DNA of 57,841 nt, counting the filler, from Sphacelaria rigidula (taxonomy: Eukaryota): the NCBI GenBank assembly GCA_964200075.2. It is 5 parts of 5 records of this genome, joined end to end, with 100 filler letters (N's around TTAATTAATTAA, not from the genome) between each part and the next. Parts side by side here need not be neighbours in the genome. Positions count along the whole stretch, not along the records: positions 46,357 to 57,841 come from CAXNAA020004874.1; 4 more parts are not named here. The stretch is one strand, 5' to 3'. Positions 49,801 to 57,841 of this stretch are shown in pieces. The notes under the pieces were generated by a model. The model was not told where the DNA came from. It searched no databases and saw only the letters and a list, made by a program, of their open reading frames with translations. Position 1 is the first letter of the stretch; every line of letters starts with the position of its first letter. The translations under genes were made by a program, and so were the position numbers.

Positions 49801-52800
49801 CTTGCCCCTGATTGAATCTTCGGTTGCTTTTAGCTTGTCAAGTTTTACTCAGCGAGTGCATGAAAGTTGAAGACTCGTGTAGGGGTAGTAGGGGTGCACG
49901 TGTTTCAGTATGAGCTGTTTTCCTCTCTGCTCTTGTGCTGAACTGTGTGGTGTTTCCAGATGTGTTTTCATCGGGGAAGCTTCACGTAGCAAGCAAGCAC
50001 AAACATTACAAAACTAAGTGCGCACATTTAAACGGTAGTCGCACATTTAAACGGTGGTAATTTTTTTCACCATTTCATTGGATTTTTCCCATCGTACCAT
50101 TTTGGTGTTTCGTTTTTTTTTTTTCATATTTTCAACCTTGACCCCTCCACTTTCTCGGGACGAGCCCGTGCCGTCAAGAGAATGACCCATCTCTCCGCGG
50201 TACACCCCGTGCATTTGTTACCACAGATTGAATCATTACCATCAGCAATCTCGCGACGCGTCGACTGTCGTCTAATAAAGTTTATTAGTCGGTCACATCC
50301 ACACGTCTTTGACGACGAGAATCAGACCTCTTCAGACGAAAAAAACTGAATAAATACATGAATGAGTAAATGCATCTGCTGAGAATGGAACCCATAGTTT
50401 TAGTTTTGTTAATGCTGTCACTTCTAGCATTCTCCTCCCTTAATTGAATTTGATAGTGAAGGGCATTATCCATCGACGAGCGTTCTAGTGACCACATAGT
50501 GCCGGTCGTGAAGACACGGTCAGCGGTCTGACCGCTGAGGTATGCGGTCACGAGTACCACGGTTGACGTCGGTATACCTGCCCCAGCGCAGATTCTTGGG
50601 AGGGATATGTGCGGCTTGCCGTACCAAAAACTTCAAGGCCGCACATTTTTCGCCGGAGGTGGAGAACAAATTGCGGGACTGTTTTCGCCGGTAGGCGAAA
50701 AAAGGAGGGTGGGGGGGGGGGGGGGGGGGGGGGGTTTTTTGCGCGGGGGGGGTTTTTTTATGGGGGGGNNNNNNNNGGTTGGTCTGGTCGGGGGCAAAGA
50801 AAGGGGGGGGGGGGGGGGGGGGGGGGGAGGGCTGTTCTTTCGCCGATGGCGATTTTTTTCATGAGGCAACCCATAATATTATCAATTTTTGGAGTATCTT
50901 GACGTTAAATTCCCAACTTTTTTTGCCACCGCAGCTCCTACACGCGGGGCGGCCCAACGCGGCCGACGCCCTCCGAGGGGCGCATGTCGCCTCCGGCTCT
51001 CGTCTGCGCAAGTGCAGACGGAGACTCCGGGACTTTTTTTTACGTTGATCAGTACCCTCCCTCCCTCCCCAACAGGATAATGAATGGTGTACGCCAATAG
51101 CCAATAGCTACGTCGAACCAGCGTTGAAAACAGCTTGGACTGGGTTTACATTGAATGAGGTATTAGCTACATGATCACTGAGGTCTCTGAATTTTCTATC
51201 ACTATCCCGCAGAACGTTCTGATGTTGTTGGTGTACCACAGTCACGCCTCTCACTGCGTAAGCTAGGCAACCAGTTTGCCGATTTTTTTGCGCGTTTGCG
51301 TTTGTTTTCGCGGTAACCATGATGGTAGTCGAGGTAGATCATGCTGTGCGGCGTGGAAGAACCTCAACTCCGCACAATATGGGGATAATCGTACTACGTA
51401 GTGTTCAAATGGTGAAACACCCATGAGGCAATGTATAAGCCGTAGCTATCTCTGGAAGTGGCGATACCAGAAAATGGAGCAACTCATTGTAGGCTGTCAT
51501 CCGAATGCAAGATAATCAGTACGCTTCGGGTCGAAGAATCGTGGCAGGATGGAGCTCACCCTTCATGCGACTCGCCGAATACACCATGGCACTTCGCGCT
51601 TGGTGATCGAGTGCGAGCCTGGTCCGGCAATAGCCCGGCATGCTCCGTGCCGGCTTTGTAGGGATGCGAGGTCAATGGTCTGATGACTATGGCATGCATG
51701 ATCATGAGTACACCCTGCCCCCTCTCTTGAAGTAGATTTTGGTGGTGTCCGATAAATCAGTCATCATCCTTCCCAGAATCGATACTTGTTCTTCATCCGG
51801 AAGCACACGATACAGACACACACACATACATACATTCAGACACACAGACACACAGACACACAGACCGCCGTGCCTCGGTCATCGCTGCCACACTACTACC
51901 ACCACTACTATCACTACTAGACCCCAGAAAATATACTCCAACGATTGTTTACGCGAGGTTTAACAGTTGGCACTCAACTTCTGAGGGAAGGAGCGCATCA
52001 ACCTTCCGAACGCCATGCGTTGCGGTGTTTTCAGTTTGATTTTGTTTTCCTGTCAAGATGGATCCATGTTAGGATTTTTTTCGAAATACAGATCTGCTTC
52101 TATCTCGAGAAGAAGGGAGAAACATCGACGACACCCCTAGGCATGTCCTTTGAATGGTCGATGCGCAATGCGCCCCTCTCCTCAGAATTGTTCCGAGTCC
52201 CAACTGTCGAACCTTGAGAGAGCAATCCCGAGTATAGTACGTACATTTTCCAAAGACGTGGAAACCAGATATGTTATACTAGATATTTCCCCAAACAACC
52301 GTTTTGGCCATAGCTTTCGAAATGGCGACGAGTTTGGAGCCAAAACGGGGATCGTTGTTGTCGACTCGATTTGAGCTACAAGTACACCAATTTTAGCGCA
52401 ATCGGGCGAGAATTCGAGCATCATGTCTTGATTCTTGCAACACACGACCAACGGGTACTGCCGCCAGGCCGCACTCCGTTTGTGCCGTGTGTGCTGTGCG
52501 TGCCGTGTGGGCTCAGGATTTTTTGGAGTGATGAAAGTGCCAACAGAGCGCGCGGCGCGCTTCAGACTGGTTGTACGGTTGCGGGAAAGCTATGTCTTGT
52601 GCAACGTTTCGCTGCTTCTCGTCCCATTTGCGCGGAGACATTTGTTGGGGTGAATTAGTTGGACCAGCTTGTACGGCAGTTTTGAGCAGTTTTTTTTTTC
52701 TATCGTTGAAAGCATGATGGCGCGGGTAGCAAGAGGAAAATATACGGCAGTCGACGAGGTGCGGGAGTGCTGACTGTCATCATTCAATCCTACTCAATGA

Positions 52801-53679
52801 TATGTCAAGCAGGTACAGGGGTACAATATATATGTATATGCGTTTTTTTTTCTTTTCATGTATGTAGGAGTTGGTTCCTTGAGATGACGGATTCTTTCCG
52901 ACGGGGGAGAGGGCTTGATATGCGGAACACACACGCACGCACGCATATACACATACCGAACTCGGCACTACACACGTACGTGGAACTGTTGAAAGGAGAA
53001 GTTTGCCCTTGCACTCATGTAATCAAATTACACACTCTACAAAATGATTCGCCTTCCCCGCCCCATTTGTTATCGTCACTATCAGTCATTATCAGGGTCT
53101 CGAATCTAGCTCCACCTTTTGGGTGAACCCACAATTGTTCATCAAACCTTGTTGCAACAAGTTATATTTGGGCTACTTGTAGCTGCGTTGATACAATGTC
53201 ATACTCACATCAGTCGAGCAGATCAAAAGGGCACTCCTATTGTTGAACATCCGCCGTTCATGGGACAAGCCTTGACTAGTGTGTTCGATTTTGATCGATG
53301 CGGCGATGAACAATACTGTACTGGTATTTGCCCTCTCCGCTACTCCCATGCTTCAAACTTCGTACCACCGCGGAACGGTCAGGTTTACTCGTTGCAGAGC
53401 CTGGCGCCCGACGTGCTAACCATCATGCGTCTAAGACTTAAGCACGTTCTAGACTATCTCGAGCGTTCGCCCAAGGCATCGGGGGCGTTGTTGGCAAGGT
53501 TAGATGCCGACACGTGCCAATGGGTCAGGACCGCTAGAGATGTGGAGGCTGTTACTGCGACGGGGGCAGGCAAAGGCCGAGAAGGCGGCGGGACGAGTGT
53601 TGGGGGAGAGCCTTTGCGATCGACGCACGGGGTGTTGCTATGTCTGGCGAGGGCGTTACCTCCAGACTCGCGCTACAAG
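46801..53679 (+). CDS. RAB3GAP2: Rab3 GTPase-activating protein non-catalytic subunit, C-terminal exons
   Basis: Exons 46801-47116, 47957-48072, 48757-48921, 49581-49686 and 53383-53679 are all phase-compatible. The product ...RLARDFGVAEDAVRGWHCLVLLRRGHDVLGEEAMAQVYSLQSLAPDVLTIMRLRL...ALLARLDADTCQWVR...PLRSTHGVLLCLARALP parallels the animal RAB3GAP2 C-terminus as I recall it (VSEDVVRRH..LGEEAILQV..LLARLPPTLCTWLK). The terminal exon is not resolved. Confidence 0.8.
51389..51722 (+). mobile_element. Interspersed repeat (LINE-like 3' end), copy 2
   Basis: Colinear with 26102-26435. Confidence 0.75.
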
Positions 53680-56600
53680 GTAGGGAAATCGCTTGTTTTG
53701 AGGACTTGATTTTGTCGCGTAGAATGGAGTCATGTGTCACGTGTGCGAAGTGTACAGGGACGTTTTCAAAATGGGGATAGGTGTTTCGGTGCATATAGGC
53801 ACTTGGAGGTAGGTGAAATGTGCTGTAGGGCGAGGAATCACTCTTGTTTTTATTCGAGCACTATTTTTCTTTGTCTTTTTATTTTTGCGCGGACTTATCA
53901 TACTCCCGGTTGATGGGAAGTGATTTATCATGAAGGGATGTTTCAGGCGTGTTTGCGTTTGTTTTCGTGGTTGACGGTGTACGAACTGCGTGGTATGATT
54001 TGACGAAACGACGTGCCCTAGCGAAGCTTTTGATCTCGCTTCCCCTCTCGCAGTTGCTGAATTGTCGAGTGTTGCGCAAGTCTTCCCCAAGTTTCTATTC
54101 GGCGTGTCCTCGCCTCAGAGTAACTCTGGGTGCAGGGAGATGGATATGAAATCGACAGGATGGAGCACGTCCCATTGTCCATTTTTGTGCCTGTTCCTGT
54201 TTGATTTTTTGTGTTTCGATGACATCACATACCCCCACCTCCTCGTCGCTAGTTTTGGCTTCAATCAGGCGTCAAAGCTATTCTCTCCTTAGCAGCTACA
54301 AACACCCCACAAACCTCCGCTCCTCGCCCGTCTTCCCAACCTTCGCCTGTGATTATGTGCACAATTTCCGTATGGGGTGACTCGACCATTCCGGAATACA
54401 TGGATAATCCTGTCTTCCCGGATGCGGGCGAAATTTGAACCAACCAACCACGAACAACAGCTTCAAGCCAACGCACTCCTCACGCTGGTGGGTACCATGC
54501 TTCGGTAGTGCCCGGGTCATCGTATCATGCTCCGGGGGTGCCCGGGTCATCATGTCATGCTCCGGTGGTATGGTCTCGACGAGTTACTTGGCTTTTGGTT
54601 ATGCTGAGGACTGGTGGTTGTTGCTGATTTCTATTTCATCGGTCTCCTGTTGTTAGCCGTTAGCCGTTTATCAACCCGGGCTGCACACCGCTACATATAC
54701 CCATCATCAGTGTGGAAAACAGATTTTGTTTGTAGCGTTTGTTTTCATCATTTCATCATGCTTTTTGGGGGTGTGGAGAAGGATCGACCGAGACGTGCTG
54801 TTTACCGTTGTCGTGCAGGTTTTGGCACTGTAATTAGGGGGGTGTATTTGGAGGGGGTGCTGGGGGACAGAGAGGAAAGGGTGTAAAATGCTTGGATTCA
54901 GTAAGAAGCTGATTGTGTCTGCGACGGGGTCGGTTCGATACCTCAGGCTCGCGACAAAAACGAAAAACGTAACTTGCACTGTGTGTGGCATGCGCAGGAA
55001 GATGGTTTTTTTCTGTGTTCTTTGCTGTCCCCACGATCTTACCGACTGTTGGCAGCGATAGTGTTGGCGTATTTCGGGCGTGGGGTACCTGTGAAGACTT
55101 GTTGGTAGCGATTCTCCGTAGATAGTGCGGTAGTTCGGTTGTATAGGTAGCATTCTTGAAAGGCATCTGGGCTCACCATTTTCTCCTTTTCTGGATATTT
55201 TGAGTGAGTCTAGAAAGCCGCAGCTTGTAGTCTGCGGCAAGCACCGATTTTTGTCTGTTTTTCAGCAGCTGTTTCTTGGCTGGTTGCTGCCATTTTTTCT
55301 TGGAGCTGAGAGTGCTTGTGCAACTGGGGGTGGTATTTGCTGGTCAATCGCGGCTGAGCAATCTCGTGATCCTAGGCTTATGCTGTTTGCTGTATGGTGG
55401 AGTTGATAGCAGTCAAGACGTGGGGGCTGTTGTTTTGTTCGTTTGTTGTCGCTCAGCTGTCTTACAACGGATCGCTACCCTGTGTTTCGCACCGTGCTGT
55501 ACGTTGTGCTGTATGTATTGTGTACAATACCCCTGAATTTGTGTGCTGAACCACTTAGGTTCGCGTTTGGTTTCCTGATGTACGTAAATCGTACATACCA
55601 TGCACTAAAAGGTTTCCTGTTTCCCCTGGTCTCTGCTCGTGCAGGGGTGGGAGGAGACTCGCGCACTTGGGTGTCCGCTGTTGAGGTGTTGAGGTTATGT
55701 AATTCTGTTTTCTTCTCTCCAACGACTGACAGCGCTATGCCACATGCGCCACACACGTATGAAAGCCAAGTGCAGATTCCTTCGGTTGCCGCGGTGCTCT
55801 TACCCCCGCTGCTTGAAGACCTTAAAACATGACAATGTGCCTCTGAAATGAATTCCGAGTGCGCGGCTTTTTTGCATTTTCCCTATCGACTGCGCCTTGC
55901 CCTATCCCAGTGCCAACCGAGGAAATGAGGACATGCGCCCAGAAACACGTGAGGGTGGGCCGTAACAGGTGGTGGTATTCTACGAGTATAGTGTATGTGC
56001 GGTGACACATCACACAGCTCGACCCACTCGTCTACGCCTCATGCATCCTCTGAGCGCTACGTCGTCTGTTCTCCACACAGTTCGTCTCCACATACGTGAA
56101 ACCCGCGTCCAAACCTCCGAAGTAAAAGTTCTTCATTCGCCTCTTCAGGCCTGTTCTAAACGGTGGGGATGATTTCGAAACTTTCCCCCCGCTTCTCCTC
56201 TGTCCATTTCGCACCTGAAGAAATTCCAATTTCACAAAGCGAAGTTGGTTTCTGCTGCGGGTAAAAATTCGACTAAGAGGTTTTTGCGACTCCACTTTTG
56301 CGTCGGGATTCTTGCGTCGTGGTTCTTGCGATCGGATTCTTGCGATATTTTTTTTGCTAGATTTTTCTAGTCTTAAACCGTCATCGATTTCGGTTTTTAG
56401 GGGATATCTTCGTCAAACGGACACCAAAAGCATCCTGCTCCAAGGGGCACCTGGACACACAGAAGTTGCCGCTGCCTACCTAGTATCATCCTCCAAATCG
56501 AATTCTTGAGTGAGAAGCCCAGCGTTTCGTGCCCATGTACAAGGATGATGTACATCATACTCAAAATCGAGGTGACTTCGCCACTTGGCAGTTGTCAGAT

Positions 56601-56814
56601 ATTTCTCGGAAATTTATGGCTTGCGCGGGTGCTGATGCATTTCGAAGAACACTAATCCCAACACTAACCCTGACCCCAACCCCAATGAAGATATACCGAG
56701 AACCCTCGAGCACGGGGGGTGCGGCGTGTTCCCTAGGCGAAGTATGCGTTGCCAGACCTCAAATCGGCGCTCCAGGCACAACGCGTTCTGCGCACGCTAG
56801 GAGCACGCCAGGAG

Positions 56815-56900
56815 CAGGATAGTCCACCTGGATCACGCATACATTTTTCAAGTGAATATTGATGCCGATTCAGCAGGTGGCCTACCCTCGGGGTGAAAGG
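56815..56900. mobile_element. Partial copy of the 100-bp piggyBac-type MITE
   Basis: agtgaatattgatgccgattcagcaggtggcctaccctcggggtgaaagg is near-identical to 5049-5099. Confidence 0.65.
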
Positions 56901-57209
56901 CTCAAAGATCCGGATTTCGGTGTCTAGACTAAAATCCAATTCTGCACCTGTCCACAAGCCGTAAATTTCCGAAATCTATCTTGAACTACCAAGTGGTGAA
57001 GTCTACTGCTCGAGTTAGAACGATTGCCAGGGATATCAGGTCCCGAAGGAAATTCACTTGAAATTTTTTCAAATATGCAGGATTTTTTCAAGCTAGGAGC
57101 ACGCATTGTTGCAAAACGTGGGCTGTTGGGCTGTTCATGGGACAAATAGTTGGGATCCCATCACTAGCGGTAGCCACGCTGGGTTCAACGCCACCACCAG
57201 CAGTACCCG

Positions 57210-57648
57210 ACACGGGATCTTGATTGGGGATGGATCTTTTGGTGGGGATGAGGAACCCCGAGAATTAAAATCTTTGTATCCACACCAAATCTTCGAAATA
57301 GGGTTCCATTTTTTCAGCTTCTGATAGCTACCGACTACTGCTACACGCCATACGAATTTGGATTTCGATAACCGAAATGTTGGGGTCCTAGGTGAAAAAA
57401 CAATTTCGGAACCATTTTGGCATCCGTTCGCACACCCGGAATTCTCCAAAATTGGTTTTTCACCTGGGACCCCAACATTTCGTTGATCGAAATCCAAATT
57501 TGTATGGCGTGTAGCGGTTGTCAATAGCTATCAGAAGCTGAAAAAATGGAACCATATTTCGAAGATTTGGTGTGGATACGATGATTTTAATTCTCCGGGT
57601 TTCTCATCCCCAATAAAAGATCCATCCCCAATTTGCAAGATCCCGTGT
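57210..57648. mobile_element. Foldback / long-TIR MITE: two arms of about 200 bp around a 34-nt loop
   Basis: acacgggatcttg...ggtgaaaaaacaatttcgga (57210-57410) is the imperfect reverse complement of tccaaaattggtttttcacc...caagatcccgtgt (57445-57648). Confidence 0.88.
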
Positions 57649-57841
57649 TACCCACGCGTGGAAGATACACTTCACAGGACAGCTCCAACAGAGAGATGCG
57701 CACAGCTATATCTGCCAGAACCTCGCCGAGTAAGCAAGCATGGACCCATCGGCGGGTAGTACGTACCAGCGCTGTCCAGCACAGTGGCCATCACTCGTAA
57801 GGTGCGCGAGTGTTGTCGCACGGTCGAAACGCGAACCGTTT

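Noticed and set aside
50934..51010. GC-rich exon-like segment with a possible fifth GC donor
   Set aside because: RAB3GAP2 homology runs directly from exon 49581-49686 into 53383 without it, so it was not counted.
51678..51715. CTGATGA as a hammerhead ribozyme core (also at 28031)
   Set aside because: There is no correctly placed GAAA or supporting stems, and the motif is not conserved in the sibling copy at 26390.
35694..53679. Functional clustering of OTC, the RRM gene and RAB3GAP2 (or rhodanese)
   Set aside because: They lie on different concatenated contigs, except OTC and the RRM gene, which share no evident pathway.
55645..55700. Candidate last exon of RAB3GAP2 (…WVSAVEVLRL)
   Set aside because: Its phase is incompatible with the 53679 donor unless another exon intervenes; left unresolved.
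56660..56685. Telomere-like ctaaccctgaccccaacccc (also accctaaacc at 15239)
   Set aside because: Only 2-3 degenerate units, internal to the contig.

Overview
This is eukaryotic, intron-rich and repeat-rich DNA. The repeat content and gene style suggest a brown alga or related stramenopile (inference). It is not one locus: five contigs of 11490, 11490, 11489, 11487 and 11485 bp are joined by identical 100-nt N/TTAATTAATTAA linkers, so neighbours across a linker are unrelated. Hand-splicing with codon-phase checks recovers parts of six genes: (1) the 3' end of a gene with a WSW..P/GRW/FAC/F..P...EN..L module like the C-terminus of PI-PLC-like phosphodiesterases; (2) a single-domain rhodanese; (3) an unidentified coiled-coil/WW-like gene; (4) the 5' part of ornithine carbamoyltransferase; (5) an RRM plus CCHC zinc-knuckle (Air1/2/ZCCHC7-like) gene; (6) the C-terminal part of RAB3GAP2. 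About 4 of 21 inferred splice donors are GC (AG|GCRAGT). The rest is mostly transposon debris: a decayed RTE-type LINE containing a nested LINE 3' end, a 1.1-kb hAT element with a perfect 8-bp TSD, piggyBac-type TTAA elements, several MITEs/foldbacks, tRNA-derived SINEs and microsatellites. I found no prokaryotic system, CRISPR array, rRNA or intact tRNA. Most ORFs in the supplied track are spurious.
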